Shown here in pieces: positions 27,879 through 41,342 of a stretch of DNA of 64,000 nt; within the stretch, counting starts at the first letter, position 1; every line of letters starts with the position of its first letter. A program made the translations under genes and the position numbers. Origin of the DNA: Paraspadella gotoi (lineage: Eukaryota > Animalia > Chaetognatha). The notes beneath the pieces are model-generated. The model was not told the origin of the DNA, searched no databases, and worked only from the letters and a program-made list of their open reading frames with translations. The DNA is taken from the NCBI GenBank assembly GCA_051294375.1, contig CM119266.1, positions 20,748,780 to 20,812,779 of the forward strand, given 5' to 3'.

Positions 27879-28798
27879 TAAGAAATTGGAAGACATTTCG
27901 TGCATCTTTATGTCGGGGGCAAGATGGGTTTTTTTTACGTTTAAATTAAGACAATATTTACATTGACTTTACCAATTTTATGATTTAGCCATTGTACCCA
28001 TTTTTTAGGCTAGCTATTTTTGTTAAAATGGATTTTTTTTTTCAGATTCGTTCACAATGGTGAACAACCATCGCAGTTGACCGAATGTGAAGATTCAAAC
28101 CTTGCTACATTTGTCTCGCAGGGACGCACTGTGTGACGAAAGAAAACTGATTCAGTATTTAAATTTCTGTACATGCGGCTAAGCTTGTACAGACTCAAAT
28201 TGCTAAATGGTCTAAAGTTTTCTCAACTGCATGTAATTTTACTGATCAAAGCGTTTTTAATATTTATGCAATGGTTATATGTACGTATATAAAATTATAA
28301 TACAAAAAACTTGAAAGATGCGTATGCACTATTTTAATTTGTAAAAAGAAGATTTTATAAGAATCGAGCTGGTATTTGAGTTAGTAGTTCAGTGGATTAT
28401 CTCGCTATATATAAAAAAAACTTTTTGAATATTTCAAAATTAAATTTACGTGAAAAAAAATGAACAGAAATAGAAAACACTTTTATTCATACAAGCATTC
28501 AAGCAACACTGTGAAGAATTTAACTATAAAAATAGTGTAACTAAAGATGTTGGCAAGTTTATACAGCAAGGCAGTAATGGTGAGAATTTGGCATCAAAGA
28601 AAGTGAAGTTTCTAGGCACGATGAAGTGATTATATTATTCTTGGCATGCATTTTCATAAGGCAAGGGAATTATCTTATTGCGTGGGTATTTCGACTTCGA
28701 GATGGTCGTAAGAGTTTCGGATTAGACCACCATTTTGATGCTCTGATATTTGATGTTGCTGAAGTAGAACTGGTTTAAAAAATCCTAAACCGCATATT

Positions 28799-31700
28799 TC
28801 ACAAACGTTTTGCGATTTCAGAAGGTGCTGAAATTAAAAGATAGTCATATTAAATTTTAGACAGTAGTATTAATAATTTAATAAGATAAATAAAAACTAA
28901 GAATTACCTGCTGACTTTTCTTATGACGGTTGACATCCGATTGCGTGACTCCGCTGTAATTGCAAATACGACATCCGAATTCTCTAATTCCTTGGTGGCG
29001 CATCATGTGCACCTTCAACTGAGAATTTGTTCTCGACTGGTACTCGCAATACTTGCATTTGAAGGGCCTAAGGTCTGCGAATATTTTTAGATTTTAAGTA
29101 ATAACTCTTTAACACCTGCAAAATCCGGCATATGTACAAATTATAATTTACCTTCGTGGAAATTTAGATGTCGGTTTATGTCCGAATAAGAACAAAATTC
29201 TTTGTCACAAAATACGCAGGAATAGATAGCTTTTCCGTTAACATATCTTGGTTTGCAGATTGATGTTCGATCGATTCCAGGCTCAACAACTGCAAGTCTG
29301 AAAAAAAGGTTTTATTTAGATAATTAGATTTCATAATAGTAAACAAAGATGCCGCGAGTAACAGGTGTACTTGCCTAGGATTTGTCTTCGATAATATTCT
29401 GCTTTTAGGGTCATTGTTTTGTTCACTACCGTAGTCCAAAACAGCGCCGTCGGCTTCGTCCGTCTCTGAAGTGGCATCGTCGAAAGCGACGTCTTCCTCA
29501 TAAGCGGAATGCCTTAGCGGATCGGTGGGAGAAAGGGCCTCCGCTTCGGGGATCGCCAAGGATCTATTGAATGAAAGACAGGTTCGTAACAAATACTGGA
29601 TTGTTTTCCAATGAAGTCACAATATGCACTAAAGGTACGACCTTTTTGAGCAAGAAGACGTTATGGAGCCTTCGTCTCCTGCGGGCGAAGGCGGGGAAGA
29701 AATTTCTTTGGTTTCCTGCTCTTTGATGACTAGTGAATTCGACGGTTGAACCGCATAGTTTTCGGGACATGGCGATGCGGGCGTTGGCGATCGATGGTCT
29801 TTTTTAATATCTTGCTCCATTTCTTTTTCGTCAGACACGCCCATTTCTTGCAAGTCTTCGGAATTAAGAAAGGCCTGGGCAAGCTTGGCTATTTCCGATG
29901 TTTTATCCCTTTTGCAGTCATCATCGACGTAAACCTCTGTTACATAAGAAAAGTATGGAAAAGTTTATTTTTAATTTTTAGAGAATCATAGTTTTATAGT
30001 GAGATAATGATTAAAAACTATCCTAAAGTACCTTCTTCTTCGTCATCATCTATCGGATTGTTTTCCGCCACTAGTTCCATATGACTCCGTCTATCATCCT
30101 CTTCCATTTGGATTTCTTCCTGATCTTCGCCCCTCTGTGACAAGTCTTGAAGGTCCATTACAATTTGGTTCTCATTTGATGGGGCTGGGGATGGGTTGCT
30201 CGAAGAGGAGGAAGTGGGAATAGCTTCCAATATGGGCCGCTTGTTTTCTTGAACGAAAGATCCAGGAGTTGGGGGTTGAAACTGGCGCTTAGGATTTTCT
30301 TTGGTTTTGTGCTGCATCAATGCAAGTTGCTGCTCTTTGTTAGTTCCGAATGGAAGAGTGCCATTGCGACTGCGATGAGCCCTTCTCAACATCTCCAATT
30401 GCTTGGCTGCGTCATCTATAAATGAATATGACATAATACATATTGCATCAATAGATTTGAAATAAGTTTCAACTTGTAAAAAAATATTTTTTATTGTGAT
30501 TTCTTACCTGAATGATACCGTAAAATGTGATGACGTAAATTTCTTGGCTCAGAAAATCCACGACCACATTCCTCGCAGTAACAAGGCTTAAATCCAGTAT
30601 GTATACGTTCGTGTCTCTGAAGACTATAGCCTTTTTCAAACACTTTGTCACAGAAACGACACTTTTTTGGGTAACCAGAACCAGAAGAACTCGGAGAATT
30701 TGATGGGTAAGGCTCACTCGAAAGCGGAATTAGTGCCGGCTGCGGCGTAGGCGTTTGAATAGGTGTTGTCATTCCATTGGATGACGGCAGCAATGGTTGT
30801 ACTTGAGCAACCGCCGATGTCAGACCCCTTGGGCTCAATTGATTGATCGATTCTGGGGAAGATTGCGAAGTGGCTGTAGGCGAGTTTACTTCGTGAGCTT
30901 CTTCCATGCCTGGTCGCTGATATGGAAACTGTAGCAAAGGCGGTGGGGAAGGTATCATGTGGCTGAACTGATCCGGCGTGGCTGCTTCCTTGCTGAGGGA
31001 TTCTCTCGCCGCTGGTGATACCAGAAGCGGAGGAGGCTGCTCAATTTCATTTTGGTTGTTCTGATGATTCATCACATGATCAACAAGGTCCTAATAAAAG
31101 ATAGAATAGTAAATGAAACAAATACGCTGGGGTTAATCACATGCCATCTATTTACCTGTCGGTATTGAAATTTTTCATCGCAAATATAGCAGGCAAACAT
31201 TTGAACAGGATTAGACCGATCGTAATGAAGAGACAGATGTGACTGAAGTTTAGATAGAAATCCCACTATTTTCCCACAGATATGGCAGCGATATAAGGCT
31301 GGATGAAATAAAAATTATGGTTATGCAGTAGACGCCACAATCGATTTAGATATTTTTATGTTACAAGAAATTACCTGTTTTTGCTCCAGTTTGCACATTT
31401 ATACCCTCCAATTTTGTAGCTATCACATTTTCATTAAGAATGTTTATTTTAAACTTTGAGTTAGCATTGGAAGGCTGAGTGATGGTTAAAGTGTGTCCAC
31501 GTAAAGAAGGATATGACGTTTCTAATTGCCAGGAGGAGGTGAGGAGACTCTCGCCTATTAATTTAAATTATTTGTTATTTAGATTTATGCTCAAAACTTA
31601 CCAATGTTACACATGTTACATATGTTATCATAATTTAAAAGTTAATCAAAAAGATACTTTCAGAAATAAAAATGAATTTAAAGTGCCTGGAGTGAAGTTT

Positions 31701-34700
31701 GCTTCAATTAATGAACTTGCCTGCAACTGCGACTTGTTCTTTCTGAATAGGGGTCGACGGTTCCGGTGAAGACAAACGCTGTCGTTTATTCGCTTGGATT
31801 ACTGCAGCTTCGCTAGACTTTGGTTTATTCATATTTTGGTAATAAGGCAGAGTCGAAGTTGGAAAAGTCGGTTTCGCTGCAGAAACAGATGATTTCGGAT
31901 TCGATTGCGCAGCCGCAGCGGCAACGGCGGCAATGGCAAAGGCGGCTGCGGCACTATTTGGATCTAAATTAGCAGCCGGGTCAGTCGACATTGCAGCTCT
32001 TGCAAGCAGTTGTTCTCGTTGTTGTCTAATCAAAGATTCCATTGCATTGCTCGGAGCGTGAGATTGTCTAGAACCGGAAGCGGAAAGATCGAGTCCCTGC
32101 TCCGGTTCTGCCTTGAATGGCTCTTGCTTCTCATTCATGGGCCAACCGAATTTAGTAAGGTTTGCCCATAACTGTGGATGAAGCGTCGTCGACGGAAATG
32201 CTTCGTGAGGTACCGACGTCGGAGGATCTCGACTTACAGAAGTGCTGCTGGTTTCCGTAGTCGGTTTCTCCTCCGCGAAAGCAATACTTGTTTGTTTCGT
32301 TTCCGGCTCTCCATTGATGTCATTTATTTCCAAACCATGGGCCGATCGTTGATGGTATAAAAGCGACCGTTTCGCTTTAAAGCTTTTGTTGCACAACTTT
32401 TAAAAAAAAAAAAATTAAGTCAATACAAATTACCGGGGATTACAAATGATTTTGTTGAATAATACCTTGCAAAGCCACGGTCTCTCTCCTGTGTGTACCA
32501 ACAGATGACGCTGCAAATCAGACCGCTTTATGCATACTTTTCCGCAAAAGCGACACGTCCTGCGAGCCTCCAGCAACCTTTGCTTCTCTTCGGCGTTCAA
32601 TCCCAAAAATTGACTTCGAGGAATCTGGGCTTCTTCTAACATAGCGGCCACCATATCTCCTTCGGCCATATCTCCGTAGATGCCAGCGTCGTCTTCGTTG
32701 TCGTCTAGGTCAACGCCATCTTCGGCATGCCCTTCTTCACGCACTCGCTCCGCCTCATCGGTCTCATCCCTATGACTCAAATCCATGATCAAGTTCCCGT
32801 CGGGCTTTTCCTCTGCAACTTCAGCTGGTAAGGTTCGATTCTCGTTTTGCTTCGGCAGCGGGGGAACAGCCTCTTCTGGCGTACTTCCGATCCCGCCATT
32901 GTGTCGAACTACGTTATTGCTTTTTCTTCGCGTCATTTTCAAATATTCGAGATGGTTGAAACTGTTTACAAGATCTTGTATTTGTAGTTTATTAGCATCG
33001 TATTTTTGTTTTAAAAATCGGTGGTGGGAATCTACATGCTCAGAAAGGCTTGAAGAGTTCGTAAAGGCAGTTTTAATCTCCTTGGGGCACAGCTGCAAAG
33101 TACATAAATTGAATATATGAGCTATTAGTTTAATTGTTAAAATTTGTTATAATTTTTTAAAAATTATAACAATGTTGTAAAAAACAGTAGCGATTTTGTA
33201 AATATTGATCTTTGAATCTTACTTGGCAAGATAAATATTGAGGTGATTCACAGCTTTCCACGATTGATACCGAAAATTTTCGTTTCCTGAAAAAAAAAAG
33301 ATAAAAAAAGGTGTCATTCGCTAAATTGTAATTGTTCCTCCGCGCGGGCTTTTTTGTGGGATTTGCCCGATTTTCTGATATCGAAAACCGGAAGCGAGAA
33401 AGAGATGAAAAGCTTTGGTGAGGCGTCACTGCCTCGGATGGTTGTCAGACGAAGGAGGAATCATACTACTATTAAATCAATTGAATGGTAGAAAAGTTTT
33501 AGGTTTTATCTATATTTAAATATTTTAAAAACAAAAATGTTCGAATAGTTTTAAAAATAATATCTGATATGAAACAATTTAAAATATAATTATTTTAAAA
33601 ACTAAATTCAATTCAAAATTTTATAATTTTTTTATTAACATACAATTTTTAAAATTTCCTCCGTCATCTGTATAATTCGCGTGAAAAAAGTGCTGCGTTT
33701 GGTTAACATCCGGCCGCCATGGAAACTTTTGCATAAACCGCGACACAGCCTGCGCGGCCAGGGAGAGAGAGAGAGAGAGAGAGAGAGGGGAAAGGGGGGC
33801 GCTCAACGTTTCCAAGCGGCTTTTGTGGGAATTGATATTAAATCGATGCCGAATGGTTTCATGCGCGCCATTATTTCTCCCAACTCCCTCTCGTGAGTCG
33901 TGGCGCTTTCAACGTTTCCGCTCGCGTTGAAGCGTGCGTGTATATTGTGGGGATGGGAGCTGCAGACGATTGGTAGAAGTTCGTTTGTAGTATTTCGTAA
34001 ATACGTATTATTAATTATTATTAATCCGCCAACGCTGTTCTATAAAGTAGATGAAAACGCGTAACGGAGAAAACAAACCGTCGCAAGACTATTTTCTATG
34101 GATTAATACTCAATGCGTATAAGATGAACGCACCCAGGGCCCCCTGGGCGGTTGTTCGTGTTCGTGTTCCCTCGGTCGAGCTTTCGCTCAATATGTCTTC
34201 CCTTCTTCGGGCGGAAGTCGCGGCCGGACCAAGACGTCGAGGTCGACCATTTTCGTGCGTCGCACTTTCGACAACCGCGCACGCACTTTGAAATCAACTC
34301 CTTTTATCTTGAGGTTTTTCGCAAAAAGTCAAAATATTTCAGGAAAGGGAATTTAAAGCATAAATGAAAATAAGATTTTTTTTCTTTTTACATGACCACT
34401 TTCTTTGCTAGAAAATATATTTCCACAGACTCTCGGAGTTATAGCGAGTGGAAAGAATTGGAGGCTCGTTGATGGGCCTCTCTATCAAGCGATGATTTGA
34501 CGGGTTGCGTGCGAGCCCGCGCGAGAGAGAAGCAGATAAAGGAAAGAAGCGATGAACGCTAATAGCAGAATACTAAAAACCATTCTGGTAAAGATATAAC
34601 ATAAATTTTTGTTCCAGGAATTCAAGCGAGTCAAGTTTTGTTTCGATCATTGAACCGGATCGATAGTTGACTAGAATTTTGGATCTTTTCACTGAAAATT

Positions 34701-37700
34701 TCGAATAGTAATCGTATCTCATTTCGAATTTTGTGGTTTGAAATGTGCGTGCGGGCGCAAACAGGGTCTCGACCCCGCGGCTAAGAACGAGGTCCGGAAA
34801 TTGGGCGGTGGCAAAACGGGAGGCAAGAAAAAAGTAGGGAAGAAACTCAGGTTGATGGGTAGATGGATTCGAAGGAGTGATGATCGCGACGATGAAAAAA
34901 CGAACCTGCGGGGAAACGACAGAAAGTGCGTGCGGATACGAGTCGGTGCGGCCGGAAAAGATTGATTTTTTTTTCTCTGAGCAAGTAAAATTCGATGGAC
35001 GGATTTTGCGTCTCCGTCAAGAAAAAGGTCGGTTCAAGGTTACACCCGGGATTTCTCGCGCCCAAGTGGGTGTCAAAATGACAACGGCCACGTTATTTAG
35101 ATGTACATAATAAAGTCACTAATGGCCGCCTAAGTCTAAGCTAAAAAAAGTGAAAAGGAAATTCTTATCAATGCTCTTTTGATATTTAAAAAAAAAATAG
35201 AAAGTTCTCATTTGAAACCAGTCAGCCGCGCAAATGTCGCAACGATTCGGTCAACATTTAGCCAGAAGAGGCGGAGAAACTTATTTTTCGGCGTTTTTCG
35301 CCCGAATTCCGGAAACGCGCTGGGATGACAGCCAAAATGCGATGAAAGTAAATCACTCAAACGGGGAAAAAAAAGGAAAAACTCGAAGAAGTTTGTTTCG
35401 AACACCACCCAAAAAATTGGTAATAATTTTTTTTTAACCGATCGCTAAAGTGTCGTCTCTCGTGCCGACGCAAATCCCGGGATCCAGAGAGGCTGAGGGA
35501 ATTTGTCCCGGGTCATTGTGAATCCCGTCGTCTGATCACGAAATCGCGCGGGACTCCAGCGGTGTCAGCCTGTTGTTCTTAACTTCAAGGATGAAGGGAT
35601 AAACGAACGGATCGCTTGCAGAGATAATATGAACGTTTAAACAACTTTGGAAAGAAAAATAGGTGTTTGACCATCGAACCCGATTCTTTTTATTAATAAA
35701 GGCGTAGTAGTAAAAATATAACATATAATGTTATTTTTTAAAAAAGATAAATTAATTTAGATTTACACGTAGGATTGCAAGATGTAAACATCGGCCGAGC
35801 AATTACTACATATAAAAACCGTTTTTATAACGAAGACTTTTTTGGTTGTTTTTTTTAATCCGGCCGATGAAAAGTTTTCGGAACGAAAATGGAAGGGGCT
35901 CGGCTTCTTTTTCGTCGAATCTGAAGTCGATTCTCGTTCGTCTCGCTCGCTCTCTCTCTCTCGTTCCCTCCGTGGACGCATTCGCGGGTTCGCGATAATT
36001 AATCCGTTTTATCGAAAAAGTTGACAACGACGACCGGACTGGAGAGAACGCGGTTCTCCAGCGCGATGTGCGAGAGAGAATATTCGGAACGAGAGAGAAA
36101 TTTTTGGATTCGATCTTCGACGTCGAGCAAAGATCTAAATGAAGAGAGCGAGAAAAGATTATTTGCCAATGCGCGACAAATTTGATTTGATCATTCACAG
36201 AGTGAACGGGTTATATGGCTCACTTTTGCTAGGAGTCAGTCGCTCTCACACAGGAGAGAGAGAAAAAAAAATAAGGAAGACAAAAGGAGAAGAACGTGCA
36301 AGAATCCGAACGAGTGACGTCGTCGGAACTCTCTTCTTTCAGATTTCAAGACCAAGTGTTTTTGCGACGACCGCAGTATAAAAAAAAAAAAAAAGAAAGA
36401 AAGAGAAAGGAAGAGAAAAAAAAAGAAGCGAATTTTTTTTTTCTCCGCGTTTGGCACGGAGCGAAGGAAATTATGTCGGGTCTGCGAAGGTGCGTTTCCC
36501 GACCGCGGGATCGCGGGACGACGAAAAGACGACGACGAAGCCAGAAAAAAAAAAAGCAGGGGAAGAGAGGATGATTTTTTTTTTCTCTGACGGACACGCA
36601 CGCAGAGGAGAGAGAGAGCAGACGGGGAGAGAGAACGAGAGTCTCCTCCAGGATATCGCCTGGTTTTCGGGTTCGAGTCCAAAATAAGAACCCTGACGCC
36701 TCGAAACAGCGACACGTCCCTCGTGCAAACGGAGCGTCGATGACGTCACGCGGCGACAGAGATCGAAGCCTTTCTTTTCCTCTTCGATTCTAACTCCAAA
36801 GCCAGGGAATTTATTAACTCGCCAAGTGGTCGGTTGTATATATTATATAGTATATATTATTACTATTATTGTTATGTTGTTTTTTTTTCACTGACAAAAA
36901 TTTGTCTAGCTTAAAGGTAAACAAACAATCTCTCGCTTTCGGAAAAATATTTTTCTGAAACCCCCCCCCCACTCCTTCTTTACGTCCATTTCTTTATTTC
37001 TATCTATTCTTCCCCTTTGCACGTTCCCTACAAAGCCCCAGCGTTTCCTGCTGCGCCGATGAGCGGTGACGGGCCTCACCACACGTGATCTTTCCGCTAT
37101 CCCCGACGCTCGAATTAAGATCACTGGTGTTGATTGGTCGAATCTGCGTTTCGACTTTTCGCCATTGGTCCGGTCGCTCAGACGACGTTTTTAACATCTC
37201 CTTTTTTTTGCGGACGTTTTCTTTCTCTCTCTCTCTCTCTCTCGTGTTGGCAGACGCGGTTTTGGTAGCCAAGTGTTATTTAGAATTAAAGGAGCCGGTC
37301 CTACGTGGATTTAGCGGGGAAGAATACGCAGCCGGGCACGAAAACTTTGTGTCAACACCTAACACGTAGGCTCGGATATTTTGTCGATTCTCTTCGACGG
37401 GAGAGAATTTATTTCCTACAGAACCCTTTTTTTCTTTCTTTCTCCTTTTTCCTTGTTCTGGGTGAAACGGAACGAAATTGGAACGAATATCACAAAGCAA
37501 CAAGTTGTCAAGGAATCTCCGTCGTTTTATCCCCGAAAACCCCGGACCGCGCGGAAACTCGAGGGACGTTCGTTAAACTCCGACCAGACTCGATTCGATC
37601 CCCGAATAGAAAAAAAAAGAAGAAGGGGGCGAGAGAGAGGCGCCGAATCTCGGCCGGCATGCACCCCGAAAATTTCGTCGGCCTCTTCGGGTCACGTGAA

Positions 37701-39554
37701 GGGATACAGGGGCTCTTTTTTTGGTTAGCGAGGAGATTTTAAGGACCAGTTACATTTTAGGCTCGGCGAACGAAAACGTGACGGGACGAACGAAAAGGGG
37801 GATGTCGGGGGGGGGGAGGTATTTGAATAAGAACGGCCACATGTTGGTGAAACATTTGATTGGTTTTACATTTACATTTTCTTGCCTCTTTTGTCCTTGT
37901 GATTAGATCACATTATTCTGCACAGCAATTGTCTCGAAAATAAATCATCAGCACCAACAAAAACTACTATTGTCCCTATGGTTATTATTCCTAATTAAAT
38001 CAAAGCAAAGAATAAGCATTTGACTGAACGAATGACAAATACAGTGTGTTCAATTGGTACTGTCGGTTAACTTTTACATTTTGTGTGGAAATGTGTTCTT
38101 ATATCTTATTTCTAAGATAAGTATGTTGAGGATAAGTTTTTACCATTTATGATACTATATTTGGTATTTAATTTTTATCAATTTTTCTTTTTAAAACATT
38201 CAATTTAAATGAGTCCTAGTTTTTAATTCTTAAATTATGTTTTATATTTTTAAAAAAAAATTATATAAAAAATTATATAGATAAATATTTTAAATTGATA
38301 TAAATTATTTAAATTTTAATTTCGTATAAATTAAGTGCTTTGACAAAAAAAATACATATATTAAAAAACCTAAAAATTAATAAAAATATGCTAATTATTT
38401 TAATATTTAAATTTTATTATTTGAAGTTTTGAGCAATTGAAATCATTAAGCCAGAATAAAATAATTTATATTTATTCAATAAAATATTATTAAATCAATT
38501 AAAAAATAATATGAACAAGGTAATTAAATAATTTTAAAAAGAATGAACATTGCATTATAAACTCTCACTGTCCTGCATCTAAAGAAACGATTTAAAATAT
38601 TATTTCATAAATATTATAAAAAAATGTTAATTAAATTTGAAAAAATATATAATTTAATAAAAAATTTAAAAAATTATTAACAAAATTTTTACCAGTTATG
38701 GGACACACTGTACTAAGTTAATCGATACTACAACTTTGTGACCTATAAGTGCTAACATAATTCTTGAAATTTCGAGACTTCAATTAAATAATATTAAGAA
38801 TATTGAACCGAGAATCAAAAGCCAACATAAAGCATTAATCCAAACTTTTGATACTGTCTCCTAGCAAAGTATATTATTAAATTTTAAAACTTCTTATTAA
38901 AGAAAGATTGCGAGGTACGTATATAACTAAAAAAGTAATAATAATCAGTTCCTCCTTTGTAAACCATACTTTTAGAACTTTTACTCTTTAAGTGGCTTGT
39001 CATAGCCGCTTTCTTTTCTTTGTAATCATTAAAGTATTTAATTTTGCTAGTTTGCTAGTTTTCATTCCGGAGGCTTCAGACATTTTTATATTAGTGCATA
39101 GTTATTAACCAAGAATCAAGATTTACTAAAAGTAAATTATTACCTAAACATCAAAAATTGCTAACGTGATTTTTTTTTTGCCTATAAGAGTAACCAAAAG
39201 TTTTATTGCCGCTATATGCCTGATGTAGCATTATGTATTAAATGAAAAAAATATTATTGGTTGTAACATTTTCTTTTATATCACTATAGTTATATTTTAA
39301 TTGATGATATTGTTTTCATCAAAATGTACATGATAATGAATACAATACCAAAATAAATATCGATACTATATATCTTGAATTATAATTTTTTTCTTAAGTG
39401 CTCCACTTGATAAATAAATTAATCTTATATTTGTTGTAATCAATACTTTATCAATAACTTTATTTTACCTTTCAGGTAGAGTTTCTTGTACGTGATTATT
39501 TCGGTCGACAACCTCTTCACAGTTGTTGTTGTGTTCGGCTTCTTTTAAGGGCAT
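28799..39554 (-). CDS. Multi-cluster C2H2 zinc-finger transcription factor (about 12 exons; 5' end uncertain)
   Basis: Fingers CRFCGKVCIKRSDLQRHLLVHTGERPWLC, CRFCDKVFEKGYSLQRHERIHTGFKPCYCEECGRGF and RPFKCKYCEYQSRTNSQLKVHMMRH. The exon at about 39468-39581 splices in phase (ER|KRK) to the exon ending near 33287; stop at 28799-28801. Confidence 0.75.
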
Positions 39555-41265
39555 TTGTCGCCTTTCTGTTGCGTCTTCTCCTACAATAAAAAAGTTTTCA
39601 ATAAAATGTACGACTAGCATAATTGCTATTTTTTCATTGTTGGAAATTGAATATAAAACTCAATTTGATTTCATGATCATTTTAACATCATCATCAGGAT
39701 TAATTTCGACCTTTCTAGAGCAACCGCTGATAATAAGACCAAGGTGTTATTTCCTTTTCCGTTTCTTTTCAGTCACGTGATCACGTGCTTTACTTGTGAG
39801 AACACAGCAACGAAAGTTTTTAAAACTGATTGAGCTAAAGCTTAGGATAATGTCCCTAAAAAAGGCGATATTGAAAGATTAACGCTATTTCTTTTGAACT
39901 TGGTTTAAGAAGAATAATGATCAGTTAACTGATCAGTGATCAGGAACTGAGATAATCTGTATTACAAAAAGGGGTTTGTTTATATATAGTACAGTTACAT
40001 TTCCTACGACATTAAGGATGAGAAAATGAAACTGCGTCGCGCAGCGTCGAACGATTTTCATGGGAAATGTTCGTAAATAGAAGAAACTAAACAAAAAAGA
40101 GAATTCATCGCTCGGGCCCTTTTCATTTCCTTCATCCCCTCAGGATTTTCTCTCACATTCTTCCCAATCCGTTGCCAACGAATTCTCTCTCTCGCTCTCT
40201 CTCGCTTTTTTTCCAAAAAAAGAAGGAAAAAAAAAAGAAAAACCCCCTCAACAGGCAGTCACTGATCTTTCCAGCGTCGGTGCGTGAGAAAAGAAACTCC
40301 CTTTTTCGAGGCCCGCTTCTCGTTCCCCCATCTCCGTTCTTCCTGCTCTCGCTCTCTTCTCGGACCGGGGATCCAGGAGGGAAAGGGGGGGGGGGAAATC
40401 GCCGCTGCGTCGCCGTCCAACGCGCGTCGAACTCAGCAGCGGACGCCCCGACATTCTCGATCTCGTCCTCTCGACCAAAAAATGGAGAAGAGAGAGGGAA
40501 AACGAATACCTCCCCCTTTTCCCCCTGCAGCTGCGCGGTCCCCTTTAGGGATTCGCGAAAAGTTGGGATCTCGGGATCTAAAGTTTGAAATAGCATTTCT
40601 CCTCTTTTTCTCTCTCTCAAGGAATTCTCTCTGCTGCGTTGGTGAAAACGTGAAGATGTACTACGTTGATAACTTGCATAAAAAAGTTTGATGAAGTTGA
40701 ATATGAAGAAGATTATTTGGCGATTAACCGTCTTAAAAAAAGAACACTTTATAATAATTGGTCACTGGTCAGACTTTTCAACTAAAAAGGAGAACAGGGC
40801 AGAAGGCGAAGTTCTCGAGTGCTTTTATGACGCGAAAGTGGTTTGTTTATCCTTCATTATTTTTTCAACTGCAACCGAATCTGATTCGAAGAAGGAAAGC
40901 GTCGTAGAAACTTTTTCGGGTGTCCGCCCTTGACGCACTCTTCTAAATTGAGAGTGAAAAAGAGAGAGAGAGAGAGGGGAAGGAGCGAGAGAGGGCTGAA
41001 CACCACCCCCCCTATGAATAGAAAATTTTCTGAAGGTTAAACCAAATAAGAGAGAGGAGGAAAATGGGAGATGAAGGAAGCGGGGGTGTGATGGCGGGGG
41101 GGAGGGAGACCGAAAGTGGTCGCAGGCAGGAGCTGCGAGAAGTTGGTACGAGAAGAAGAACGTTTTAGCTTTAAATTTAATCTCGACGGAATAGGAAAAA
41201 AAAAAGCGAAAAACCCGCGAAAAACTTCGAATGTCAGGATTTCTGCGTGGGAACGTCGGGAGCAA

Positions 41266-41341
<76 letters not shown>
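41266..41341. repeat. (GA)n microsatellite
   Basis: Long near-perfect GA run. Confidence 0.9.
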
Positions 41342-41342
<1 letters not shown>

